A stretch of 64,000 bases of DNA from Octopus vulgaris (Eukaryota): contig OX597830.1 of NCBI GenBank assembly GCA_951406725.2, forward strand, positions 25,730,001 to 25,794,000, read 5' to 3'. Shown one piece after another: positions 13,687 to 28,359 of the stretch. The position numbers and the translations under genes are program-made. Under the pieces are notes generated by a model. The model saw only the letters and a list, made by a program, of their open reading frames with translations, was not told where the DNA came from and did not search any database. Position 1 is the stretch's first letter; each line of letters begins with the position of its first letter.

Positions 13687-14532
13687 ATATCATCATCAAT
13701 ATCCTCCTCCTCCTCCTCCTCATCATCATCATTATCACGACCATGATCGTCGAAGTCATCGTCCTCGCCGTAATCCTTATTGCTATCGTTATAGTCATCA
13801 TCATCATCATTGTCATCATCATTGTAACCATCGTCATCTTCATCATCGTCAGTATAGTCATCATAATCATCATCATTGTTGACATCATCATTATGTCATT
13901 CCCTCATATTCAACATCAAGAAATCCTTCCTCTTCTTCTTCTTCTTCTTCTTCTTCTTCTTCTTCTTCTTCTTCTTCTTCTTCTTCTTCTTCCTCCTCCT
14001 ATTCCTCATCGTCATCATCATTATCCTAGTCGTCGTCGTCCACTTCCTCCACTTCCTCCACTTCCTCAACTTCCTCCTCTTCCTCCACTTCCTCCTCTTC
14101 CTCATCCTCTTCTCTTCGTCATCAACAGCAATGAGACACAAAACAATGGGAACACGAACCAAAGTGAGACGGCGTGGTCTTTTTATGGCTTTAACTTCTT
14201 TGATCATAGCACTTCTCGATGAGGGCTGACCTGGGGCTATACAACAATGACCACCACAACTACCACAACGGTAACAACAACAACAACAACAATAACTAAC
14301 ATTACGTTTTCGTTTCGATATTTGTCTTAAACACTTCTATTCTTCAGTTCTGTTCATTGTTGGAAACCATTCAACATAACAGAAGACACAGAACACGTAC
14401 CCACCTCCAAGAAAAATAAAAGCCAAAAAAAAATAAATAAAAAAAGCAAAAATAAAAAATAACCAAAACCAAATATAACAGCACAGTCGCCATCTTGAGA
14501 GGGGGAAATAGAAGAAAATAAAAATAAAAACA

Positions 14533-14563
<31 letters not shown>

Positions 14564-14589
14564 GCATCAATAATAATAATAATAATAAT

Positions 14590-14650
<61 letters not shown>

Positions 14651-14698
14651 GCATCAATAATAATAATGATAATAATAATAATGATGATAATAATAATA

Positions 14699-14974
<276 letters not shown>

Positions 14975-14978
14975 CATC

Positions 14979-15012
<34 letters not shown>

Positions 15013-15614
15013 TTAATAATAATAATAATAATAACAATAATAATATTAATAATAATAATAATAATGATAATAATAATTATAATAATAATTATAATAATAA
15101 AGAAATTAATCTAATGCTACTACTCTTTGACATTTAACTCACGAAAAAAACCAAGAAAACAGGGGATACTCTACTTTCTTTTCTCTGATTTTTTTTTTTA
15201 ACGTCATGGCTATTTGTTTGATTTAAGTTACCATCTAACATTTCTGGAATATTCTTGAGAACATTAACATTTGCTGAAATACCGAACACAAAATACTCAC
15301 ACAAACAAATTTCTAATACATCACCTGTTGCCGTGTTGTGGTTACTTTTATTTCAATAATTCCTTTTATGGTTTGCTTTGTTGAAATGCAAATAGTCTTC
15401 TTCGGTGATTGTAGAATGGTGGATGTTATTAATCGCAAAGTGAGAATTTTTCAGGTAAAAATGTGTTAACGCTAATGTTTCAAGTTCTCCCTCTCTCCTT
15501 CTGCCTGTCTGTCTGTCTGTCTGCCTGTCTGTCTGTCTGTCTCTCTCTCTGTTTGTTTCTTTCTGTTTATCTATCTATGTATTTCTTCCTTTTTTTTCTT
15601 TATGTCTATCTGTC

Positions 15615-15662
<48 letters not shown>

Positions 15663-15901
15663 GCAAACAAACATTCAGGTGAAATAATTAGTCCCACTTT
15701 CAGTGAATTCGTAATAAGCTGTAGCCATAATAGGTAAAAAGACAAACCTTCACACACATGTAAATGCGTGTGTGTGTGTGAGTATGTGTGTGTGTGTGTA
15801 TGTGTATGTATATATTCATAAACACATGCGTACATATATGCATACATATATATGTAGGTATATATATGTAGGTATATATATATATGTATATATATATATA
15901 C

Positions 15902-15946
<45 letters not shown>

Positions 15947-16290
15947 TATATACATTAATTTAATTTACACACGCATACACAAAATGTATATTAGAATATC
16001 AACAGTAAGAACACACATATACAACTATACATAAATGGATATGCACACATACATACACACATGTATTTGTGAATATACGTATGTATTTACATATGTATAC
16101 ATATAATTATATGTATGTATATATCTGTGTAAAAGCATACGAAGATGTGCAGGTATACATGGGCGCATATACATGTATGTGCAAATCTATAGACAGTTCC
16201 AGATAAACTTAATTAGCTACGTATCAACAACGCATTACATTTCATGTAAACAATATTTCACAACACAATATATATTATTTACAATATATA

Positions 16291-16860
16291 TTATTTACAT
16301 TATTTACATTCGACGGATATTTGTCCTCATCTTCTTTGTTGATGTACTCTCCAGCCTTCATCAGATGTCCCGGGAGAATATCGAACCTTGGTATTTTTCC
16401 GATGATGATATAATCGTCGGTGTCGTCATCATCATCATCATCGTCATCGTGATCATCATCCATCATCATCGTCATCGTCATCATCATCGTCATCGTCATC
16501 ATCGTCATCGTTATTATCATCGTCATCATCATCCATCATCATCAACGTCATCATCATCGTCATCGTCATCATCATCATCCATCATCAACATCAACCATCA
16601 TCGTCATCAACATCCATCATCATCGTCATCAACATCCATCATCATCGTCATCGTCATCATCATCGTCATCGTCATCATCGTCATCGTCATTATCATCGTC
16701 ATCGTCATTATCATCGTCATCCATCATCGTCATCGTCATCCATCAACCATCATCGTCATCCATCATCATCATCCGTGCTTCCTGCAACAGATGGAATCCA
16801 ACTCAGAATCTAGGGGTTAGTAGCCTGCGCTCTTAACCAGTACACCGTATGACCGTGGAC
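16291..16860 (-). mobile_element. tRNA-headed SINE-like element (family E): Pol III-like head, (GAT)n expansion, hammerhead-derived tail (HHR partly deleted)
   Basis: The minus-strand head at 16860-16790 is homologous to 22608-22690. The tail at 16405-16291 is homologous to 22295-22149 and retains GACAT-CTGATGA-AGGCTGG but lacks the GCCGAAACGTT half. Confidence 0.7.
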
Positions 16861-17171
16861 AATTATGGAGTGAATTTTAGGGCTTATAAATCTAATATTT
16901 TCCCATCCTTTCTTAGTACCGGTTCCCATATGCTACTCATATCTGCACTAGGTCTGCTTTGGAGGTTATTATGTCCTAGCATATGCATGCATGTATGTAT
17001 GTATGTATGTATGTATGTATGTATGTATGTATGTATGTATGTATGTATGTATGTATGTGTGTGTGTATGTATGTATGTATGTATGTATGTATGTATGCAT
17101 ATATGTAGTCTTGAGCAAAGCACTTCATTTTGCGTTGCTCGGCGATCATTCCGTCATCTGACACATACACA

Positions 17172-17205
<34 letters not shown>

Positions 17206-17447
17206 AACACACACACACACACACACACACTCACACACACACACACACTCACACACACATACATATAGGCATAAAGAATGGGTTATTTCTTTATTGTTTT
17301 ATTTGTGCATCTTAGACTTACAGCTGTTTCTGATATTCATTCTAGGCGTGTACACAGTTCCGTAGATAATCGCTTATTAATAACTCTTTATATACGTGTA
17401 AATATATATGTGTGTGTGTGTGTGTGTATGTGTGTGTATATATAAGC

Positions 17448-17505
<58 letters not shown>

Positions 17506-17692
17506 ATGCATTTTAAGATCATCAAAGTGCAGAACTTATTTGCCGCTCTTGGTGCTCCAAATCGGAGGTACAATCTATGTGGGTGTCTTTTCAGAACATT
17601 GTCTGGTTTAAAAAGCAACATCATATGCCATGATGGTGCTAGGGTGCAAGTACAGGAGGTGGTCAAACCTGCATAAGGTGTAGACAACCACA

Positions 17693-17738
<46 letters not shown>

Positions 17739-17820
17739 TTTACGAAAAAAACAAAAGACGAAGACAGGCGGCGTACAAAACAAACAGATGTATTAGTATA
17801 ACGCTCAGGAAGAGAAAAAG

Positions 17821-17858
17821 TCTTTTACGTTTCGAGCCTACGCTCTTCTACAGAAAGG
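17821..17858 (-). ncRNA. Minimal type I hammerhead-like motif (A6U core variant) in a ~165-bp Penelope-like terminus (17735-17900) abutting (TA)n
   Basis: Minus strand: CUUU-CUGUAGA-A-GAGC(GUAG)GCUC-GAAA-CG-UA-AAAG. Stems I and II pair and stem III is palindromic. Confidence 0.6.
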
Positions 17859-18584
17859 GACACAGAAAAACCAAGGAGGGAAACAAGGAGAGAAAAAAAA
17901 ATATATGTGTGTGTGTGCCTTTGTATTTGTGTCTGTGAGGCAACACTGCTTGATAGCCGGTGTGGGGTTTCTTACGGTCCCCGTACCCTAACGTTTTGGT
18001 AAATTAGAGCCATAGAACAAATACCAGACTTTCAAAGATAGTATTGAGGTCGACTTGTCCAAATAAATCCTACATAACGGTACCCGAGCAGGGCCGCTAT
18101 TCGATGACCGAAACAAGAAAAAGATAGCGTATAGCCGATATAACTGTAGATAATAGCATATTTTTTATAGATGCCCATAACAAAAAACCGATATATAATG
18201 CACTTGCATATAATGTTTCATGTAGCTATACATGTATGCAGAAGCACATAAAAGATGCACATGTTGCATATGTATATAATGCATGTATATTGAACTGTTC
18301 ATACATAAGAGTAAGATATTACATAGAGTTTACGTAACTGCACTTAACGAAAACCAATATTTAATGCAACTCTAAACAATAGTTTCATAGATTTATTCAT
18401 ACTGTGGTTGCGCATAGCAGCCACAATAGATATATATATATATATATGTGTGTGTCTGTGTGTGTGTGTATTTATACATATGTATATATACGTATTTGTA
18501 CATACATATATATGTATATATACATACTTACATTTCTATGTATATATGTGTATATATGTACGGGTGTATATAGGTACATGTGTA

Positions 18585-18657
<73 letters not shown>

Positions 18658-18661
<4 letters not shown>

Positions 18662-19056
18662 AGTAATTGTGCCAAATTTTGGCATTGAAAGCTACACCAA
18701 TGCCAAAAGGGGATGACACTGCATAGTGCCAAAGATCCCAGCAACGCCATCACGCTTCAGGACCAGTTACTGCATCAGCCTGGGTTTCAGGGGCCCACAG
18801 CTTTTTAAAGTTCTCCCAAAGAGTCTGAAGAACTTGCACAAAGTAGATGTAGGGGCTTTTAAATCAAAGCTGGACCTCCTCCTGTCGAGAGTCCTAGATG
18901 AACCTGCCTCACAGCAAGAGGTGCAAAAGAGGGTAGCTATATCAAACTCCATTCTTCACAAAGTGCCACATATTAGAAGAGGCTCTTAGTAATAACAGTG
19001 TAGCAAAACGGCGGTGCATCAGCATGGCTGCAGCTCTGAGCTGAAACTAGAGAGAG

Positions 19057-19058
<2 letters not shown>
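18658..19058 (+). mobile_element. CR1-like LINE 3' fragment (ORF2 C-terminus plus 3' UTR) between (TA)n tracts
   Basis: ORF 18726-18989 reads ...GPQLFKVLPKSLKN...FKSKLDLLLSRVLDEP...SNSIL, typical of CR1-clade ORF2 ends. The short UTR is GGCGGTGCATCAGCATGGCTGCAGCTCTGAGCTGAAAC. Confidence 0.7.
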
Positions 19059-19118
<60 letters not shown>

Positions 19119-19296
19119 AATGTTTAGCGGTATTTCGTCTGTCATTACGTTCTGAATTCGAATTCCGCCAATGCCAAAAGGGGATGACACTGCATAGTGC
19201 CAAAGATCCCAGCAACGCCATCACGCTTCAGGACCAGTTACTGCATCAGCCTGGGTTTCAGGGGCCCACAGCTTTTTAAAGTTCTCCCAAAGAGTC

Positions 19297-19392
19297 AGTC
19301 CCATTGCGTGGCATCTTGGGCAAGTGTCTTCTACTATAGCCTCGGGCCGACCAAAGCCTTGCGATTGGATTTGGTAGACGGAAGGCCTGTCG

Positions 19393-19476
<84 letters not shown>

Positions 19477-19609
19477 CTTGTGTGTCAAAAGAGGCCGTTA
19501 GAATAAGTACTAGGCTTACAAAATATAAGCCTTGGGGTCGATTTGCTCGACTAAAGGCGGTGCTCCAGGTTGGCTGCAATCAAATGACTGAAACAAATAA
19601 ATGAATAAA
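19297..19609 (+). mobile_element. SINE family B lacking its head
   Basis: Core, internal (TA)n(TG)n tract and tail match 28951-29308. Confidence 0.8.
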
Positions 19610-19663
19610 CAGCTACAAAATTGCGTATATATAAGAGTTGAAGAGATATGTGTAGCACAGGGT

Positions 19664-20271
19664 AAGGCAGCGAGCTGGGAGAAACGTTAGCACGCCGGGC
19701 GAAATGCTTAGCAGCTGCCGCTACGTTCTGAGTTCAAATTCCGCCGAGGTCAACTTTGCCTTTCATCCTTTTGGGGTCGATTAAATAAGTACCAGTTACG
19801 CACTGGGGTCGATATAATCGACTTAATCCGTTTGTCTGTCCTTGTTTGTCTCCTCTGTGTGTAGCCCCTTGTGGGCAGTAAAGAAATAAGAGACGTTAGC
19901 ACGCCGGGCGAAATGCTTAGCGGTATTTTGTCTGCGTTACGTTGTGAGTTCAAATTCCGCCGAGGTCGACTTTGCCTTTCATCCTTTCGGGGTCGATAAA
20001 TTAAGTACCAGTTACGCACTGGGGTCGATGTAATCGACTTAATACCTATGTCTCTCCTTGTTTGTCCACTCTGTGTTTAGCCCCTTGTGGGTAATAAAGA
20101 AATAGGTATTTCGTCTGTCTTTACGTTCTGAATTCAAATTCCGCCCAGGTCCACTTTGCCTTTCATCCTTTCAGGGTCGTTAAATTAAGTACCAGTTGCG
20201 TAATTGGATCGATCTAATCGACTGGACCCCTCTCCCAAAATTTCGCATCTTGTGCCTAGAGTGGAAAAGAA
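19664..20271 (+). mobile_element. SINE family A trimer
   Basis: Head AAGGCAGCGAGCTGG followed by three B-box/body blocks. Two copies of tail 1 precede a final tail 2 (..CTTGTGCCTAGAGTGGAAAAGA). Confidence 0.85.
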
Positions 20272-20879
20272 TATATATAGCACATGTGCTTAAATGTGCA
20301 TACATCAGAGCGACATGTAACATATATTTTATGTAAGAAATTTGCATATCAGACCAACATATAAATGTAATTGCACTCATTGCAGTTTAATATATCTATA
20401 TATATAACAGTTGCACATAAACACGTTCACATGCACATGCATTATACTGCATTGCAACTTATCTATAATTCATATGCACAGGCCTACTTGCATTAGCGCT
20501 ACGTATATTACAGATTTTCACAATTGCATCATATAAAGAAAAAAAAGCCGATATTTAATACAGCTGCAACAGAATACAGTTTCACACATTTCTACTCATT
20601 GCAGTAGCACGTAACAGCTGCAGTTGCGCATGCATAATGCATCTACGCAACTGCACATACGTGATTGTACATTACGGAATTACACACAACAAAGTTGTAG
20701 CTTGTGCAACCGCTCATGTATTTACGCTGAAACAACCGTTCATATAACATAGAGATGCTTGTATTAGACATCAGAGAAAGAGAGAGAAGGGGTAGAGAGA
20801 GAGAGGGACAAGAGAGAGAGAGATAGAGGGACAAGAGAGAGAGGAACAAAGAGGAAGAGTATTCGGATAGAGGGGTTAG

Positions 20880-20923
20880 GTAGATAGATAGATAGATATA
20901 AAGATAGATAGGTAGATAGATAT

Positions 20924-20955
<32 letters not shown>

Positions 20956-21058
20956 GTGAGTGGATAGATAAATAGATAGGTAGGTGGATAGATAGGATAG
21001 ATAGATAGGTAGGTGGATAGATTGATAGGTGGATAGATGATATGTAGATAGATAGATA

Positions 21059-21105
<47 letters not shown>

Positions 21106-21512
21106 TAGATAGATAGATAGATAGATAGGTAGGTAGGTAGGTAGGTAGGTAGGTAGGTAGGTAGATAGGTAGATAGATAGATAGATAGGGAGGTAGATAG
21201 ACAGGCTGATAGATAGATAGTCAGGTTGGTAGATAAGTAGATAGGTAGATAGATGGATAGATAGTTAGATAGACAGATAGATAGGTAGGTAGATAGATAG
21301 TTAGATAGACAGATAGATAGATAGGTAGGTAGATAGATAGAAAGATCGATAGACAGATAGATATGTAGGTAGGTAGGTAGATAGATAGGTAGATAGAATG
21401 ATAAATAGATAGGTAGGTAGATAGATATACAGGTAGATTGTTAGATAGATAGGTAAATAAATAGATAGGTAGTTAGAGAGATAGAGGGTGGGGGTAAGAT
21501 AGATAGATAGAC
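20880..21512. repeat. Compound (GATA)/(GGTA)/(TA)n microsatellite
   Basis: Directly visible. Confidence 0.9.
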
Positions 21513-21898
21513 AGATTGAGAGAAAGAGAATGAATTGTAGGGGGGTAAATATTAAAATAATCGATAAGACAGAATCTACTGCACTAAAGAAACTCAGTTA
21601 ATTATTTTCAAGAAATCGAAAATATATTCTTCCGATCTTCTGTTATAGTATTCCTCTTATATTCTTTTATTCTTGTATACCCGATTTCAGTCATTGGGCT
21701 ACGGCCATGCTGGAGTCGTACCTTGGAGAGGGAATTTGTTTTCCTTATTCGATCAAATCAACCTCCGCACTTATTCTGTTGCTCGTCCTAATTTCTTTTG
21801 CCGAACTGCCAAGTTATGCGGACGTAATTGAACCCTTTCAGGTTGTCAAGTGACGAGAGACAAATACATTTGGCGTGCGCATAAATACATGTACAAAT

Positions 21899-21938
<40 letters not shown>

Positions 21939-22200
21939 TTTTTCGTTTGTACTCTGTGTAAGTTGGATCTATTAATATAAATACCTGTATATTTATACTA
22001 AAATATTCATCATCTGAAAGTCTCCCGTTTTGCCTGTATACATATACACATATTTTGTATTTCGCACTCAAACTCTTATATTCAGTATATCTAATATGTT
22101 TATCCGCATAATTGTCTCCACATCTGCTCAACTTCATACTTCTTACACTATTTACATTATTTACATTTGACGGATATTTGTCCTCATCTTGTTTATTGTT

Positions 22201-22246
22201 AACTCAACGTTTCGGCTGATATACCCTCCAGCCTTCATCAGGTGTC
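22201..22246 (-). ncRNA. Minimal type I hammerhead ribozyme motif (canonical core) in the family E tail (22149-22295)
   Basis: Minus strand: GACAC-CUGAUGA-A-GGCUG(GAGGGUAUAU)CAGCC-GAAA-CG-UU-GAGUU. Stem II has 5 bp, stem III is palindromic (ACGU), and stem I has one mismatch. Confidence 0.75.
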
Positions 22247-22295
22247 TTGGGGAAATTTCGAATCTGGGTTTTCATTCCTAAGGTATATTTCGATG

Positions 22296-22482
<187 letters not shown>

Positions 22483-22508
22483 CATTATCATCATCATCAT
22501 CATCATCA

Positions 22509-22554
<46 letters not shown>

Positions 22555-22607
22555 TATTATTATTGTTATTATTATTATTATTATTATAATAATTATTATT
22601 ATTATAT

Positions 22608-22690
22608 GCCCGTGGGCATATGTCGTAATGATTAAGAGCACGGGCGACTAACCCCAAGGTTCCGAGTTCGATTCGAAGCAGTGACGTGAA
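22608..22690 (+). mobile_element. tRNA-like head of family E, inverted relative to the adjacent HHR tail
   Basis: A-box-like TGTCGTAATGATTAAGAGC and B-box GAGTTCGATTC. Homologous to 16790-16860 (minus). Followed by (AAC)n/(AAT)n. Confidence 0.65.
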
Positions 22691-23667
22691 CAACAACAAC
22701 AACAACAGCAGCAGCAGCAATAACAATAAGAATAATGATAATAATAATAATCTTTACAAAACTCCTTCAGAAGTCGTTTGTCAGCCCATGCTCAACCAGT
22801 GGGATCGAAACCGAAACCACATAGTTGTGAAGCGAACACCTTAACTGTACAACCATTCATGCATGTGTCCTTTGGGATCAAACTCATTTATGCTGCCGTC
22901 ATCGTCGATGCTGTTGTTTAGCCCCAGGTCAGCCCCGATTAAGAGAGCATTGATGAAAGGTATTCAAGTCTTGACCGTCCTATTTTTTTAAATGTCTAGG
23001 GTATCTAGGACTACGTAACTGGATGCATCTTTCTCCTGTCCTTCGTTCTCTTTTTAAATGACAATGTTATTTGAGGGGATTTGATTGCTATTTCTAGCAG
23101 ATCGATGGTGTAGTGGCCTTTTCGTTGTCTCCTCCAATGTGAACAAACATGTTATAAATATAGACGTCAAGAATATCAAATATCAAACATGGTATAAATA
23201 GAGCCGATATCATTAGTTTAACATAGTAGCAATGAAGGCCATAAATTTATAACGACGACGACAACGACAACAGCAACAACAACAACAACAACAATAGCAG
23301 CAATAACGATAATAACAATTATAAAAAAAGAATAAAAGGTAGCAAGCAAACATTCTGTGACATTTAAGCAAAATGATATGTAAACGACGATAACAAATAT
23401 ACATGAACACACACACATACATAGACATGCGCAGATGTATGTATGTATGTATGTATGTATGTATGTATGTATGTATGTATGTATATATATATATCAAAAT
23501 ACGTATACACACACACATACACGCCCAGGCATCCCCTCCCCCACATACAACCTCACATACGCATGCGCAGTGATTATAAATATATACGGATCTCTGTCGG
23601 TTTGACGATGAATATTCTAATTTCTCGATGAAACTGAACGGCTTGCTCTCTGAATTATGGTCTAAAT

Positions 23668-23928
23668 CATTGGTTCTGAAGCATTGTTTTTTTTTTCTCT
23701 AACGAATGAGCGCACTTGATTCGCCTTTTACTCGGGTGGACCCTCGTAGCCATTTGATGTTTAAAAAAATCTTATTTTTATTATTGAAAATTGAATATAA
23801 TACGGGAAAATTGTTAAAATATTTTTTGCAGCTTAGAAATATAATTTGTTGCAAATAAATTTTTAAGGACAAAATCTTTTTTGGACCACCTAACCAAGGG
23901 TCATGTCGACACTGGTTGAGAACTACTG
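23668..23928. mobile_element. hAT (Charlie-like) MITE, decayed
   Basis: Ends CATTGGTTCTGAAGC / GGTTGAGAACTACTG resemble CAGTGGTTCTCAACC-type TIRs. The 8-bp flanks GTCTAAAT / GTGTAAAT form a near-perfect TSD. Confidence 0.6.
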
Positions 23929-24301
23929 GTGTAAATGGGTGAGTCACCTGGAAGTTGCTCTTTCGACCTGCTGGTGCAAAGAGAAAGGGGAGGAGGAGGA
24001 GAGAAGGTGATAGCTGAGTATTCTGCAGACATTTGTCCTCTTAACGTAATCCTAGGGCAAAAATCATCGTAAAACAGTGGGTGGTAAGAATGGCCCTTTG
24101 AATTAGGAGTACATAGGTTGACAATATGTTAAAGAGGTTTTTAAGTTTCCGTCTACCCCAGTTTGATTTACAAGACTTGGGTAGACAAGAAGTTATAAAA
24201 AAAAGCCATCACCTAAGATGATACACATTGGGATCGAAACCATGACCTCGTGGCTCCAAAGTGAATTCCCTAACCACTTTACTGACATGCCTATGAATAT
24301 A

Positions 24302-24700
24302 CTTTCCTACTCTAGGCACAAGGCCTGAAATTTTGGGGGCAGTGGCCAGTCGATTAGATCGATTCCAGTACGCAACTGGTACTTAATTTATCGACCCCGA
24401 AAAGATGAAAGACAAAGTCGACCTAGGCAGAATTTGATCTCAGAACGCAAAGACAGACGAAATACCTATTTCTTTACTGCCCACTAGGGGCTACACACAG
24501 AAGGGACAAACAAGGACAGACAAATGGATTAAGTCGATTATATCGACACCAGTGCGTAACTGCTACTTATTTAATCGACCCCGAAATGATGAAAGGCAAA
24601 GTCGATTTCGGCGGAATTTGAACTCAGAACGTAACGGTAGACGAAATACCGCTAAGCATTTCGTCCGGCGTGCTAACGTTTCTGCCAGCTCACCACCTTA
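24302..24700 (-). mobile_element. SINE family A dimer
   Basis: Two bodies, with junction GAAATACCTATTTCTTTACTGCCCAC at ~24460-24485. Confidence 0.85.
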
Positions 24701-26730
24701 TGCCTGTGAATATAGCAAATCAAAACAAACCCACAAAACGCATTACTAAATACGCAATCAAAGCAACACAAGTTTTAAGGGTATATGTTGATTTACAACT
24801 TCAGCACAAAAGTACATATTTTAGTGGATGGCACGGGGCGACTGTAATCGGTTCAACTACCCGATTGGTTGTTGTTTTAATGTTTTGAAAGGCTAAACAG
24901 GCAAGGATCAACTTTGAAGGAATCGAACTAAGAGATGTTGCTAACTACAGATCCAGCCATTCGGGTAATCATCGTCGTAGTTCTCAGCTGGATATATTAA
25001 TGTGTTAGAGCGATAAAGTAGCAGAATTGGTAGAGCATCCGACAAAATGCCTTGCGGTTTTTGACGTTCTAGCCCGATTCCTTCAATGTTTCCGTTCAAA
25101 TCTCACTGAGGTAGATCTCAATTTTCATTCTTCCGGGGTTTTTGATAAAATGAAGAACGAGAGGCGATCAATTTCTTTGCCTAAATGCATTATCCAAAAC
25201 TTGTGACTTTTTACCGCTGCCGCCACCACCACCACCACCACCACCATCACCACCACCACTACCAAAATCACGACCAGCACCAGTACCACCACTACCTCAA
25301 CAATCTCCACCACCTATATCACCACCACCACCACCACCACCAAAATCACCACCACCAAAACCACGACCAGCACCAGTACCACCACCACCTCAACAATCTC
25401 CACCACCACCACCAACACCGTCACTGCCTCAGCAATCTCCACCACTACCACCACCACCACTACAACCGCTCCCACCATCATCGTCATCGTTATCATCATC
25501 ATCATCATCATCAACCCTTGGATATTAGGACACAAAGCTTGTTGATCGATTCCTAACACTGGACCTGAGCGGGACGCTAGTCCCGTGCAGGGTTACTCAT
25601 TTACGGCCGAGTGAACTGGACCAGCATAAAATGAAGCGATGAAGTGTTTTGCTCAAGAACACGACGCACTGTTCAGTTCGGTCCGGACCGGTCTGGGAAT
25701 CGAACCAACGATCTTTTGACCTTGAGTGCAACACCTAAACTACAAGACCACATGTCTTCCCTTCGTGCCTCGGTGAGAAACCGTTATGTTTATATACATA
25801 ACTGGTTTTTGACCCTTTATCCAAAGCATTTCCATAAAATTTGTCCAAACTTTTTGACTTTTTGTTAATCCCCGTTTCATGCGTCCTGAGTAATACAAAG
25901 CTCTCGTTTCATGAGTCCCAAGTTATTCTGCTGGTTGAAATAAATTGGGAAGCCGTAGCATATATGATGTATAGATGTCAAGAAAATATGTCCCATGTGT
26001 CACATGTAATACAAAGGACGAGCAAAGGGTCAAGACACGATCACGAACTCTGTTACGAGATTGTGGTGTGTGTGTGTCTGTGTGTGAGGGAGTTACAACA
26101 GGTAGTTTATGTGAGACAGTGAAATCGATCTTCGATTTCTGCGTTAATTCGAACTTTGTAGCATTTTCCTTTTATTTCGCTTCATTAATTTTAATAACGA
26201 ATGGCTGGCGAATGAATAATATGAATTGAACGAGCGGCTGAATACATGAATAAACGAATGATTAAATAATATGAATGGAAGAATATATGAATGAACGAAT
26301 GACTGAATATATGAATGGATGAATAGTTGAATTTAATAGACAAGTATATGAATAAATGAATATTTATGGAGATTAAACAGATGTTAGAAATCAGAGACAC
26401 GAAAAATAACAAAATATATTTTAAAAACAATCAATCAACACCAACGGGGGAAGAGTGAAGTGAGGATACTACAAATTAGAGTTCAATTTGCAACAAAGAA
26501 CACAAAAATAATCAATGCAAAAAAAAAAAATTAAATAAAAAACAAAAAAAAAAACAAGACAGAAACACGACACAGCACACATGATTGATTCCGGAAGCCA
26601 GAGGTCGAATGTGTCTGAATAAGAGATGACAGTTAAAATTGTCGTTCAGAGAATCTGTTACATCATTGTGATTAATATATAAATAATAGTTTTCATGGCT
26701 CTGCACATCAGAATAAAAACGCAGAAAGAG

Positions 26731-26776
<46 letters not shown>

Positions 26777-26943
26777 TATACAGTTAATTAAAGCCGGGGA
26801 GATTCGTTATTTTTTCTCTTTATCTGCGTAGATTGTTGAGTATTGCTGTCTGGGAGATTTTTTTATGTTAAATTTCGGTATGTGTTGAAGCACATTTTTG
26901 CCGAACCCTAACTATAATTATACTCATAATTATAGAAAATTTG

Positions 26944-27000
<57 letters not shown>

Positions 27001-27004
<4 letters not shown>

Positions 27005-27270
27005 ACGTGACCGACTAGACTTTTGGATGCTGTTGCACATCTTTGGTCACAATGCGCTTTGCATCGTTTTAGCCTTCGGATGACGCCGCCTCGCTGACTA
27101 AGCAAGCAGGCTGACATTTCCTCCTGATCGAAAGGGGGACTTGAGCAACGTGAAAGGAAGCGTTTTGCTCGAGAACACAGAACACACAATGTGCCGTCGG
27201 CTCTGGGAATCGAACCCACGGTCTAGTGATCATGTGTGCGACAGTCCAACCACTAGGTCACGAACTTTCA
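27001..27270 (-). mobile_element. SINE family D-related copy
   Basis: TTTTGCTCGAGAACAC..GGGAATCGAACCCACG is the reverse complement of the family D head/core. Related decayed copies lie at ~25560-25765, 29995-30195 and 30826-31048. Confidence 0.6.
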
Positions 27271-27491
27271 CATATACATGCACATTCACATGTATGTATA
27301 TAAAGCATAATATAATATAGTGCAGTTTTTTTTCTTTTTTGAAGTTGAAAAACTTCACAAATTAACAGCAGAAATGAACTTCAGTCTGATGATGGGTTTC
27401 TTGAAATACTAAATTTTGCTCTAACTTTGCTACTCGAGCACTATTGCTTCCATTTTGTTTTGCTCCTATGTGCTATCACGTATGTATATAC

Positions 27492-27526
<35 letters not shown>

Positions 27527-27680
27527 TGTATGTATGTATGTATGTATGTATGTATGTATGTATGTATGTATGTATGTATGTATGTATGTATGTATGCATG
27601 TATGTATGTATGTATGTATGTATGTAAGTATGTATGTATGTATGTATGTATGTATGTATGTATGTATGTATGTATGTATG

Positions 27681-27726
<46 letters not shown>

Positions 27727-27950
27727 AAAATAAATAAATGAAGGGTTTCATAGACTTAAAGACATAGGGAGAGGAGATCTCTGCCTCAGAAACTTTAACA
27801 GACGAAATGTTATAGCAATACAATAAAAAAATGTGAATGAAAAATGAATTCTCTTGGGATTAAATATCTATACGGCAATAACAAATATTATTTCTTATGT
27901 AAATGCGGTACTGGAATTTCGACTGAAAGAAACTTCTGCTAATCCCACAT

Positions 27951-28018
<68 letters not shown>

Positions 28019-28283
28019 GTATGTATGTATGTATATATGTATGAATACATATATATTACGTGTGTGTTTTCGATATGCAATTATGCCAAATGCAAATCTA
28101 GCTATAAATGATAGCTCATAATGCTTAGAGTTAAAATAAACCCTTAAACGTAAAAAGAAGTTGGAAAGATGGGATTCGAAAAATGCACAGACGATCGTTG
28201 TACCATCACACACGAGTGACTCTCCGCTCTCAACCATCCAAATTAAACGCCATAATATCACAAGCAATATGTGTTTGTGTGTG

Positions 28284-28359
<76 letters not shown>

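Noticed and set aside
14395-14500. Minus-strand AAGATGGCG start with a hydrophobic run and a possible GT donor
   Set aside because: The hydrophobicity comes from T-rich low-complexity sequence, and no downstream exon could be identified.
22608-22690. Possible tRNA gene
   Set aside because: There is no acceptor-stem closure and a diverged second copy exists, so a SINE head explains it better.
25185-25556. His-rich 123-aa ORF resembling a histidine-rich structural protein
   Set aside because: It is a degenerate (CAC)n tract with a local duplication, with no signal peptide or splice evidence.
27380-27415. CTGATGA...GAAA spacing resembling a hammerhead
   Set aside because: Stem II is weak and there is no room for stem III or a cleavage triplet.
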